DNA of 60,485 bases, filler included. It is 4 parts of 4 records of this genome, joined end to end, with 100 filler letters (N's around TTAATTAATTAA, not from the genome) between each part and the next. Parts side by side here need not be neighbours in the genome. Positions count along the whole stretch, not along the records: positions 1 to 16,725 come from SRR2962707_4945; positions 16,826 to 35,226 come from SRR2962707_4946; 2 more parts are not named here. One strand, written 5' to 3'. The notes beneath the pieces were generated by a model, which was given only the letters and a program-made list of their open reading frames with translations, made no database searches and was not told where the DNA came from. Numbering within the stretch: the first letter of the stretch is position 1; each line of letters starts with the position of its first letter. Shown here one piece after another: positions 9,538-17,877 of this stretch. The translations under genes and the position numbers were made by a program.

Positions 9538-10461
9538 ATGTTATCTTACGCCATTCGGCGCCTGCTGATAGCGATCCCGACACTGTTCATCGTGATCACA
9601 GTGGCCTTTTTCATGATGCGTATTGCACCGGGCGGCCCGTTCGATCAGGAACGCGCACTTCCGCCCGAAATCGAAAAGAATATCAAGGCGGCCTATGACC
9701 TTGATAAACCGCTGATCGAACAATACGGCATCTATATCGGCAAGCTTTTGCAGGGTGACTTTGGCCCTTCGATCAAGATCCGCGACTTTTCCGTTGCTGA
9801 ACTGATCATGGCCGGCGCGCCTGCATCCATGCAGCTTGGATTAAGTGCAATTGCCCTGGCCCTTGTATTCGGGATCGGGTTTGGCACCTATGCCGCCCTT
9901 CGACAAAACAGTGCGGTTGATTTTGCCGTGATGGGAATTGCCATGATCGGCATCGCCATCCCGAACTTTGTCATGGCGCCGTTGCTGTCGCTTGTTTTTG
10001 GATTGTATCTTGCGATCCTGCCGACCGCAGGGTGGGGAGACGGCGAAATCCAGTACAAGATTTTGCCGATCATTGCCCTTGCCCTGCCCCAGATTGCCTA
10101 TATCGCGCGCCTGACGCGCGGATCCATGGTCGAAGTGCTGCATTCCAATTATATCCGCACGGCACGCGCCAAGGGACTGCGCGAAAAGTTGGTGGTGAAC
10201 CGTCATGCGATCAAGGGCGCGCTTTTGCCAGTGATTTCCTATCTTGGCCCCGCGACCGCGGCAGTGATGACCGGCTCGGTTGTGATTGAAAGCATCTTTG
10301 GTGTGCCCGGTATTGGCACCTATTTCATCAAGGCCGCATTAAATCGCGACTATCCGTTGGTGATGGGGGTGGTGATTGTCTATGCGGTGATGATCATCAT
10401 GCTGAATTTCCTGGTCGACATGGTTTACGGCCTTCTTGATCCCAAACTGAAGTCACCCTGA
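9538..10461 (+). CDS. oppB: Oligopeptide ABC transporter permease
   Basis: RIAPGGPFDQER, EAA-type YIRTARAKGL, NRDYPLV. Confidence 0.96.
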   Translation: MLSYAIRRLLIAIPTLFIVITVAFFMMRIAPGGPFDQERALPPEIEKNIKAAYDLDKPLIEQYGIYIGKLLQGDFGPSIKIRDFSVAELIMAGAPASMQLGLSAIALALVFGIGFGTYAALRQNSAVDFAVMGIAMIGIAIPNFVMAPLLSLVFGLYLAILPTAGWGDGEIQYKILPIIALALPQIAYIARLTRGSMVEVLHSNYIRTARAKGLREKLVVNRHAIKGALLPVISYLGPATAAVMTGSVVIESIFGVPGIGTYFIKAALNRDYPLVMGVVIVYAVMIIMLNFLVDMVYGLLDPKLKSP

Positions 10462-11369
10462 TGATGAATAAATCCGAAAAAACAGCACTGCTGCAATCCG
10501 CAGGTGCGACCAAGGAAATCGAAGGGCGCAGCCTGTGGCGTGATGCCCGCATCCGCCTGTTTCGCAACAAGGCCGCTGTCGGGTCGATGATCATTCTGGG
10601 GATTATCACCCTGCTTGCGATCATTGCGCCGCTTTTGAGCCCATATGCCTATGACCAGATCGACTGGGGATATATTCAGGAAGGTCCGAACTGGGAAAAC
10701 GGCCATATTTTTGGCACCGATGGCAATGGACGCGATCTGTTTGTCCGTGTGCTGTATGGCGCGCGCGTGTCATTGGCCGTCGGGCTTCTGGCAACAGCCG
10801 TGTCGCTGATCATTGGGGTGACATATGGGGCCATCGCCGGATATTTCGGCGGCAAGATCGACAGCATCATGATGCGGTTTGTCGATGTGCTGTATTCCCT
10901 GCCCTTCATGTTTTTTGTCATCATGTTGATGGTGGTGTTTGGCCGAAACATCTTTTTGATTTTTGTCGCCCTCGGCGCGGTTGAATGGTTGACCATGGCG
11001 CGCATTGTCCGGGGGCAGACACTTTCGCTGCGGCGGCGTGAATTCATTGAGGCCGCCCATGCCACGGGTGTTTCGAACTTCAAAATCATTTTCCGCCATG
11101 TGATCCCCAACGTTCTGGGGCCGGTGATTGTCTATATGACACTGACCATTCCCCAAGTGATCCTGACGGAAAGTTTCCTGTCGTTCCTTGGACTCGGTGT
11201 GCAGGAGCCCCTGACCAGTTGGGGTGTTCTGATTTCCGAAGGCGCAAAAGTGATCGAAGCATCGACCTGGATGCTGATTTATCCGGCGGTGTTCCTGGCA
11301 CTGACACTGTTCTGTTTCAATTTCATCGGCGATGGCCTGCGCGATGCGCTGGACCCGAAAGACAGATAG
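10461..11369 (+). CDS. oppC: Oligopeptide ABC transporter permease
   Basis: FGTDGNGRDL, EFIEAA, ESFLSFLGLG, GDGLRDALDPK. Confidence 0.96.
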   Translation: MMNKSEKTALLQSAGATKEIEGRSLWRDARIRLFRNKAAVGSMIILGIITLLAIIAPLLSPYAYDQIDWGYIQEGPNWENGHIFGTDGNGRDLFVRVLYGARVSLAVGLLATAVSLIIGVTYGAIAGYFGGKIDSIMMRFVDVLYSLPFMFFVIMLMVVFGRNIFLIFVALGAVEWLTMARIVRGQTLSLRRREFIEAAHATGVSNFKIIFRHVIPNVLGPVIVYMTLTIPQVILTESFLSFLGLGVQEPLTSWGVLISEGAKVIEASTWMLIYPAVFLALTLFCFNFIGDGLRDALDPKDR

Positions 11370-11388
11370 GACAGGAAGGAAACACATC

Positions 11389-12363
11389 ATGACAACCAAC
11401 CATATTCTGACTGTCGAAAACCTTTCTACGCGGTTTCAAACCCCGGACGGTGAAGTTGAGGCGGTCAACAACGTCAATTTCCACATTGATCCGGGCGAAA
11501 CGCTTGGCGTTGTCGGGGAATCGGGATCGGGCAAAACCCAGATTTTCCTGTCCCTGATGGGGCTTTTGGCCAAGAACGGCACATCAACCGGATCGGTTCG
11601 CTACAAGGATAAGGAAATCCTCAATCTGCGGTCCCGCGACTTGAACAAAATCCGCGGTGTCTCGATGTCGATGATCTTTCAGGACCCGATGACATCGCTC
11701 AACCCGTTTTTGAAAATCTCCCGACAAATGACAGAGGTTCTTGTTGAACATCGCGGCATGTCCGAGGCAGATGCCCTAAACCGTGCCGTTGCGATGCTTG
11801 ACCGTGTTGGCATCCCCGGTGCGGCCCAGCGTGTTCACATGTATCCCCATGAATTTTCCGGTGGCATGCGGCAACGCGTGATGATTGCCATGGCGCTTTT
11901 GTGTGATCCGGAAGTTCTGATTGCCGATGAGCCGACCACCGCCCTTGATGTCACGGTACAGGCACAGATCCTTGATCTGTTGCGCGATCTGCAAAAGGAC
12001 TTCAACACCGCCACGGTCATGATCACCCACGATCTGGGTGTGGTGGCTGGCCTGTGTGATCGGGTGATGGTGATGTATGGCGGGCGGGTTGTTGAAACCG
12101 GTACCGTGCGCGACATTTTCTATGACAGTCATCACCCCTATACCGAGGGACTGTTGAAATCGATGCCGCGCATTGATCGCGCCAATGAAGACAGCATGTT
12201 CGCCATTCCCGGCCAGCCGCCCAATCTTCAGAACCTGCCGACTGGTTGTGCCTATCAGGAACGGTGTGGCTATGTCATTGATCGATGCTGTGTGGAACGC
12301 CCGTTGCTCAAAGGTTTTGGGGATGGCCGGGCCAGCGCATGTTTCCGGGAGGACGGGCAATGA
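11389..12363 (+). CDS. oppD: Oligopeptide ABC transporter ATPase
   Basis: GESGSGKT, FSGGMRQR, ADEPTTALD, C-terminal Cys motif. Confidence 0.95.
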   Translation: MTTNHILTVENLSTRFQTPDGEVEAVNNVNFHIDPGETLGVVGESGSGKTQIFLSLMGLLAKNGTSTGSVRYKDKEILNLRSRDLNKIRGVSMSMIFQDPMTSLNPFLKISRQMTEVLVEHRGMSEADALNRAVAMLDRVGIPGAAQRVHMYPHEFSGGMRQRVMIAMALLCDPEVLIADEPTTALDVTVQAQILDLLRDLQKDFNTATVMITHDLGVVAGLCDRVMVMYGGRVVETGTVRDIFYDSHHPYTEGLLKSMPRIDRANEDSMFAIPGQPPNLQNLPTGCAYQERCGYVIDRCCVERPLLKGFGDGRASACFREDGQ

Positions 12364-13373
12364 CGGTCATGACAGCACCAGACAAACGCGACAACGCCCC
12401 GATCCTGTCAGTTCGCGATCTTAAGGTTCATTTCCCGATACCCGGCAAAGGCCTGTTCGCCAAGGACCGCCCGCTTAAGGCTGTCGACGGGGTGAATTTT
12501 GACCTGTTTCCGGGTGAAACGCTGGGCGTGGTTGGGGAATCGGGCTGCGGCAAATCGACACTGGGCCGGGCGATTTTGCAATTGATTGCCCCGTCGGGCG
12601 GACAGGTCGCATGGCTTGGCAAAAACATTGTTGGCATTCCGCACCGCGATATGCAGCCCCTGCGCCGTGATTTTCAGATCATTTTTCAGGATCCGCTGGC
12701 CTGTCTTAATCCGCGCATGACGATCGGCGAAATCATTGCCGAGCCGCTGGTCACCCACAAACCCAAATTGGGCAAGGATGAAATCAAGACACGCGTCAAA
12801 CGCATGATGGCGCGCGTTGGCCTTTTGCCGCAAATGATCAACCGTTATCCGCATGAATTTTCCGGTGGCCAATGCCAGCGTATCGGCATTGCACGCGCAA
12901 TGATCCTTGAACCCAAACTGATTGTTTGTGATGAACCGGTTTCCGCCCTTGATGTGTCGATCCAGGCGCAGATCGTCAATCTGTTGCAGGAATTGCAGCG
13001 CGAATTTGACCTGTCGCTGATTTTCATCAGCCATGATTTGTCAATTGTGCGCCATATCTGTCACCGCATTATGGTGCTGTATCTTGGCAATGTGATGGAG
13101 CTTGCGGATCGTGACAGCATCTATGCCGCGCCAAGACACCCCTATACCAAGGCGCTGATTTCAGCCGTACCAATCCCCGACCCAGAGATTGAACGCAACA
13201 AGGAACGCATTGTCCTGACCGGCGATTTGCCAAGTCCGCTGTCGCCGCCATCAGGATGTGTGTTTCGAACGCGTTGCCCGTTTGCACAGGAAAAATGCGC
13301 AACGGACGTGCCGAAAATTGATCGTGTTTCGGAAACTCAGGAGGTCGCCTGTCATTTCCACGACAGCATTTGA
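12360..13373 (+). CDS. oppF: Oligopeptide ABC transporter ATPase
   Basis: GESGCGKS, FSGGQCQR, CDEPVSALD, PSGCVFRTRC; ATGA overlap with oppD. Confidence 0.95.
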   Translation: MTVMTAPDKRDNAPILSVRDLKVHFPIPGKGLFAKDRPLKAVDGVNFDLFPGETLGVVGESGCGKSTLGRAILQLIAPSGGQVAWLGKNIVGIPHRDMQPLRRDFQIIFQDPLACLNPRMTIGEIIAEPLVTHKPKLGKDEIKTRVKRMMARVGLLPQMINRYPHEFSGGQCQRIGIARAMILEPKLIVCDEPVSALDVSIQAQIVNLLQELQREFDLSLIFISHDLSIVRHICHRIMVLYLGNVMELADRDSIYAAPRHPYTKALISAVPIPDPEIERNKERIVLTGDLPSPLSPPSGCVFRTRCPFAQEKCATDVPKIDRVSETQEVACHFHDSI

Positions 13374-13407
13374 ATAACAAGCCGACCACAATTGCACCCT
13401 GAAACTT

Positions 13408-13439
13408 AACGGACCGTCTTGCGACGGTCCGTTTTTTTT
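13408..13439 (+). terminator. Rho-independent terminator of the opp operon
   Basis: AACGGACCGTC-TTGC-GACGGTCCGTT followed by a T-run. Confidence 0.9.
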
Positions 13440-13488
13440 GTGCAGATTGCCCGTTTGATCATCCCGATCTGATGTCCATTCTGGAAAA

Positions 13489-14340
13489 TCAGAACGTATA
13501 GACAAGCCCAAGACCGGCACTGAGAACGTAATCATCATCAATGATCGGGCTGTCGGTATATTCATCTGACAGATAGATGAACCCGCCGGTGCCAATGATA
13601 TTGAGGCTTTCGGTCAGCGGATAGGCGACGGTCACATCAAGATGCGGCAGGAAGGTTGCATCCGGAGCATAGTATGCCCGGTCGCTGCGGACTTCAGCGC
13701 GCGAAACACCCGTTCCATAATCAACCAGGTTTTCGCTTTGCCACGTAACACCGGCACCCCACTCAAAGTTGACATCCCCTAATTGCAACGGCACGAAATA
13801 GGATACATCAACTTCATGACCGTTATGGGTATCGGCAACATCGGTAAGATAGCTTCCAATCAGTTCGCCGCGCCATAACCGCGTGCTAAAGCCAATACCA
13901 ACATCATATCCCATGTCGGTATCCTTCATTCCTCTCAGGTAGTTGCTATCACCTGACTCAAATGGTCCATCACGGAAGCCACCGATCACGGACAGACTGG
14001 CAAAATCATTTTGCCAGGCTTTGATGTCAATCCCGTCGATCCCGATATGCATCCGCTCCGCATCATATGCAAGAAGTGGAAGCCCGCCTAAATCGGTACT
14101 GTCCGCTCCGCGATAAGGATTGCTTTCTATTTGTCCAAATGCACCAAATTGCCAGTCCCCGCCAAGCCACGGGTCCTCGCTGTCGGCATTTGGGTTAACC
14201 TGTTCACGCAGAATTTCTCTTCTGCCTTGTTGGGCATGAACCGGACCGGCAATCATCAAAATGATCGCCATCGTACAAAGCCCCAGACCGGTAAGAAGCA
14301 TGATATCACCGGAGCGGCGTAAAACGTGATTGAAAGACAT
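13489..14340 (-). CDS. mipA: MipA/OmpV family outer-membrane beta-barrel (copy 2)
   Basis: Clear paralog of 3929-4783 (EILREQVNP, NPYRG, EVRSDRAYYAPDA, YTDSPII, YTF); start set at MSFNHVLRR by alignment with copy 1. Confidence 0.85.
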   Translation of the reverse strand: MSFNHVLRRSGDIMLLTGLGLCTMAIILMIAGPVHAQQGRREILREQVNPNADSEDPWLGGDWQFGAFGQIESNPYRGADSTDLGGLPLLAYDAERMHIGIDGIDIKAWQNDFASLSVIGGFRDGPFESGDSNYLRGMKDTDMGYDVGIGFSTRLWRGELIGSYLTDVADTHNGHEVDVSYFVPLQLGDVNFEWGAGVTWQSENLVDYGTGVSRAEVRSDRAYYAPDATFLPHLDVTVAYPLTESLNIIGTGGFIYLSDEYTDSPIIDDDYVLSAGLGLVYTF

Positions 14341-14397
14341 GTATCGGAACACCCTGAAATTGGTTGATGCGCCGACACTGCCCCGAAGCCCCGAACC

Positions 14398-14463
14398 TGG
14401 CGTCCGTTGTTATATGGTCGTACGCATCAGGCGCCCACGGATGGTACGAATGCGCATTCGTAC
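14398..14463. promoter_or_regulatory. Conserved upstream boxes of mipA copy 2, including a perfect 20-bp palindrome
   Basis: TGGCGTCCG-N4-TATAT-N2-TCGTAC (14398-14423); GTACGAATGCGCATTCGTAC (14444-14463). Confidence 0.7.
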
Positions 14464-14466
14464 GCC

Positions 14467-15684
14467 TTAGTCGTTTGGTTTATCAACGTTTTCATGACGA
14501 TACTTACTTGGCGTCAATCCCGTGATCGTCTTGAATGCAAGGTTGAAAGTCGATTTCGAATTGAAGCCAACACTGGTCGCAATATCGAGGACAGTACGTT
14601 CCGATTCGCTGACCAGAAGGCGCTCTGCCTCATTAATCCGAACTTCATTGACGAAATCGAAGAAATTTTTGTCCAGATGCTTATTCAGCACGAAAGAAAG
14701 TTGATTGGGAGTTACCCCCACCGCCGCAGCCAGTTTTGGCATGGTCAGAAGCGGGTCGAACATCACATTGCGGCTTGCAACGATTTTCTCAAGCCGGTTT
14801 CGAATGCGCATGACATTGTCCTCATCGACAATCATGCGCAGCATCCGTGCCTGTTCACCGCCATCATCCCGGCCCGTATCTGGCGGTGTCGCGGCATCAC
14901 CGGGCACACCTTCCGCACCGGTTTCCGTTTGGACAAACAGCGCAGGGTTCTGCGCAATCACCTGACACATACGGAAAAACACAAGAACGAACGCCGCCTT
15001 TACGCCAAGCGACAGCCACTCGGCCTGCGAAACAAAAAGATCAAACAACTGGGTCACGGTGAAAACGGTAAACAGTATCGTCATCCCAACAAGAAGTTCT
15101 ATCACCCAGCGACGCAGCCGTTCGCTGTCAACCTGAAGCTGCCAGTCCGCCTGTCGCAGGTAACGCCGGGCCCGTCGCCAGATGCCCGTCATGTAAACCG
15201 CAAACAGCGTGCAAAACAGGATGACGATCGCAAGCAGCACCATATCTGCCAAACCACTCGACGAGAACGTAATCTGCAAGCCGACATCACGCACATGTCC
15301 CTCATCGGCGATCATACGCGAACGCTTGAAATAGATCATAAGCCCGATTGCTGCAGCTACGGGCACCAGGACAAGGAAATGCCGATATGGCCGTGATGCC
15401 GGGTCGCCGGAAATTTCGCGGAAATACAGGTAGATTGACGGAATGAAGGCAAAAAAGAACGGCGCAAAAACCGGCACAAGATACAGGTTAACAAGCGGAC
15501 TGATGATCGGATCGAACGTATCATCGACAAAACTCATACCGACCGAAAACCCAAACACCATCAGCCAGCGATTGGCCTTAAACGCCCGTTTTCCTTCATC
15601 CATCAGCAGGACAATCAGGAAAATCGCCTGAGCGGCTCCAAGCACCGAAACGATCAGAAAAAGAATATCGAGTGTTTCAAACAT
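14467..15684 (-). CDS. Membrane-anchored AraC/XylS regulator, paralog 3
   Basis: MFETLDIL start matches paralog 2 (alternative start 15699); EGKRAFKANRWL as in paralog 1; C-terminal AraC HTH. Confidence 0.9.
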   Translation of the reverse strand: MFETLDILFLIVSVLGAAQAIFLIVLLMDEGKRAFKANRWLMVFGFSVGMSFVDDTFDPIISPLVNLYLVPVFAPFFFAFIPSIYLYFREISGDPASRPYRHFLVLVPVAAAIGLMIYFKRSRMIADEGHVRDVGLQITFSSSGLADMVLLAIVILFCTLFAVYMTGIWRRARRYLRQADWQLQVDSERLRRWVIELLVGMTILFTVFTVTQLFDLFVSQAEWLSLGVKAAFVLVFFRMCQVIAQNPALFVQTETGAEGVPGDAATPPDTGRDDGGEQARMLRMIVDEDNVMRIRNRLEKIVASRNVMFDPLLTMPKLAAAVGVTPNQLSFVLNKHLDKNFFDFVNEVRINEAERLLVSESERTVLDIATSVGFNSKSTFNLAFKTITGLTPSKYRHENVDKPND

Positions 15685-15863
15685 CCTTACGTCCGTCATG
15701 GCGGTTCGGTATTCTAGCGTCTGAACCCAATTGAATATGCGTCGGACCAAGCAGAACGCTGGCCCCTGAAACGAACGCACCGGTCAGGAATACGTCAGTG
15801 TGCGCCGTGCGACAACAAACATTTGCAAGACATTTGCCGCTGTCACATCCCGAAACAGTCCCG

Positions 15864-16724
15864 TTACGATGACAGAAACTGACTGACATCCACTTCGTCG
15901 CACTGATCGGGGCGCAGGTATTTTTTACCGTAAACAAGGTAGGTGCCACTGACCAGAAACAGCTCGAACAGGTCATTGTCGATCTGCCCCTTGTCGCGCA
16001 TATCGCCAAGGATCGAAATGCATTCAGATAAAAGTTTGGGCCGTTTATACGGGCGATCAACCGCGGTGAGTGCTTCGAAAATGTCGGCAATCACCATGAC
16101 CTTTTCAAGGATGCCCATGTCATCGCCGGTCATGCCGTGCGGATACCCTGATCCATCCATTTTTTCATGGTGATTGCCCGCAATAGCAGGAATACGTTGC
16201 AGTTCGCGCGGATAGGGCAATTGGGCAAGCATATCCTGCGTTACGACAACGTGATCATTGATCACCTGTCGTTCTTCGGATGTCAGGGTGCCGTGCGGGA
16301 TCGACAGATTATAAAGCTCCCCACGGTTAAAGCCGAGATACACCTGATCTTCGCGGTCCATCAGCAAGGTTTCTGTGCCCGCTTCGCGTAGGCTTACCAG
16401 ATCCGCATCGGTCAGCCGTTGATTTTCCGACCACGACAGCCCCACCGTTCGATCAAAATGGCGCACCCATGTCAGTTCGGCAATATCGTGCAGGGCATAG
16501 ATGGTGTCGGTATCAAGTTCCGTATCGCCAATATTGGCATCGGCGACCATCGAAAACTGATTTTCCAGCTCGGCAACCTTTTGCTTGAAATCGGCATCGC
16601 AGGCATCGGCGTCTTCGCCCGCCAGTTTGCGTTTAAGCATATCGATTTCGGCATCCCGGCGCAGGACTTCAAACCGGGTGCGGATTTCGTGAATACGGTT
16701 ATGGATGGTTTCAAGCTTGGTCGC
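15864..16724 (-). CDS. HD-GYP domain phosphohydrolase, C-terminal part (truncated at contig end)
   Basis: ATKLETIHNRIHEIR, GTLTSEER, HHEKMDGSGYP, IADIFEALT..DRPYK. Confidence 0.9.
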   Translation of the reverse strand, partial: ATKLETIHNRIHEIRTRFEVLRRDAEIDMLKRKLAGEDADACDADFKQKVAELENQFSMVADANIGDTELDTDTIYALHDIAELTWVRHFDRTVGLSWSENQRLTDADLVSLREAGTETLLMDREDQVYLGFNRGELYNLSIPHGTLTSEERQVINDHVVVTQDMLAQLPYPRELQRIPAIAGNHHEKMDGSGYPHGMTGDDMGILEKVMVIADIFEALTAVDRPYKRPKLLSECISILGDMRDKGQIDNDLFELFLVSGTYLVYGKKYLRPDQCDEVDVSQFLSS

Positions 16725-16725
16725 C

Positions 16726-16825
16726 NNNNNNNNNNNNNNNNNNNNNNNNNNNNNNNNNNNNNNNNNNNNTTAATTAATTAANNNNNNNNNNNNNNNNNNN
16801 NNNNNNNNNNNNNNNNNNNNNNNNN
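16726..16825. other. Artificial contig spacer
   Basis: 44 N + TTAATTAATTAA (stops in all six frames) + 44 N. Confidence 0.99.
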
Positions 16826-16855
16826 CCGTGGGTTCGAATCCCACCCTCTCCGCCA
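16826..16855 (+). tRNA. 3' end of a tRNA (probably tRNA-Ser), truncated by the contig start
   Basis: GTGGGTTCGAATCCCAC T-arm plus CCTCTCC-G-CCA; G discriminator and acceptor resemble tRNA-Ser; anticodon not visible. Confidence 0.7.
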
Positions 16856-16895
16856 CTAAAAAGGCCCCCTTTTTGGGGGCCTTTTTAGTGGCGGA
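16849..16895. terminator. Perfect 21-bp hairpin overlapping the tRNA CCA end
   Basis: TCCGCCACTAAAAAGGCCCCC-TTTTT-GGGGGCCTTTTTAGTGGCGGA. Confidence 0.6.
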
Positions 16896-16918
16896 AGATG
16901 GTTGCGGCGAAAACCCAT

Positions 16919-17034
16919 GTTCGACAAAACGCGGCAAGCGTTTTGGGGCGAGCGGCCCCGCCGCTCGATCCGCAGGCCGTCAGGCCAAGGACGAAAACAG
17001 GCCAAAGCCTGTTTTCGCCAATCCCACCCTCTCC
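16919..17034 (+). repeat. tRNA-linked structured repeat ending in a partial copy of the tRNA 3' end
   Basis: GTTCGA, four hairpins, then AATCCCACCCTCTCC (17020-17034), identical to the tRNA 3' sequence. Confidence 0.7.
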
Positions 17035-17206
17035 TTGCCCTTGCGCTCCGGCTTCAATCGGCAGGCCACTTGCTTCCAGTGGTTTGTGGATTAAAAAAGG
17101 AATGTGTCAATGAATGCAGATATATAGAGAAATTTCTTAGGTTTGGTGTGGGCCGAACGCGCTATGTATTAGGGCGAAGATGTCCGTTTGGGTGCTGCGA
17201 GGGGAA

Positions 17207-17542
17207 ATGGAATTTTTCAAGAAAGCTGGTATTGCGGCGATGATGATACTGGGCGGCTGCACGATGACGCTGCCGGTAAGTGGAATCGTTCAGAATTCGG
17301 ATGAAACCTTCACCGGTATTGCTACCGGGGGCATGGACGGGGCGGGAACCCTTTCGATCGTTTCGAACAAAGGTCCTACGTGTGAGGGGAACTTCGTCTA
17401 CGTGACCTCCAGGACCGGTGAGGGCGTGTTCAAGTGTTCGGACGGTCGCTCGGGGCCTTTCCGGTTTGTATCCACCGGCATGAAGGGCACGGGGCAGGGT
17501 AGCCTCGGCGGCGAGGCATTCACATTTACCTTTGGTTCTTGA
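17207..17542 (+). CDS. Small hypothetical lipoprotein (Gly/Thr-rich, beta-strand pattern, Cys pair)
   Basis: GAGGGG RBS; MEFFKK + hydrophobic stretch + LGGC lipobox; two further Cys. Confidence 0.75.
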   Translation: MEFFKKAGIAAMMILGGCTMTLPVSGIVQNSDETFTGIATGGMDGAGTLSIVSNKGPTCEGNFVYVTSRTGEGVFKCSDGRSGPFRFVSTGMKGTGQGSLGGEAFTFTFGS

Positions 17543-17641
17543 TGCTTTGGTGGCCTCTCGCCGTACTTCCTCGACCCTGTGTTGAAGCTGATCGAGACAC
17601 GGAAGTCGTTGCGATGGTTCCGGGCGCTTATTTAGAGCGTT

Positions 17642-17656
17642 CCACCCTCTCCGCCA
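17642..17656 (+). repeat. att-like direct repeat of the tRNA 3' end
   Basis: CCACCCTCTCCGCCA is identical to 16841-16855. Confidence 0.8.
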
Positions 17657-17877
17657 TAATCGCTTGACAGGTTTCGGCCCGATGCCGGACGTTGACCCCC
17701 GATCCTGACACAATGGCATGGGGGTGCCAGACGATGTTCAAGCGCGTCAATCCGAGAAAACTCGCGCCGTCTGCCGTCACGGGCATCACGAACTATTTCT
17801 AGCGCCACGAAGTGAAGAGTGAAGTGGTCAAACTCGCCGAGTAGAACGCGAGCATCCCGGCGCCGGGGCGGAGGACG

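Noticed and set aside
14407-15396. 329-aa plus-strand ORF
   Set aside because: Antisense to AraC paralog 3; no recognisable domain
16770-16781. TTAATTAATTAA palindrome, also present at the other two gaps
   Set aside because: Identical and centred in N-runs; an assembly or concatenation linker, not biological
15864-17656. Apparent link between the HD-GYP gene and the tRNA islet, and between katG and tusA or Lon and yjdM
   Set aside because: These adjacencies cross artificial spacers
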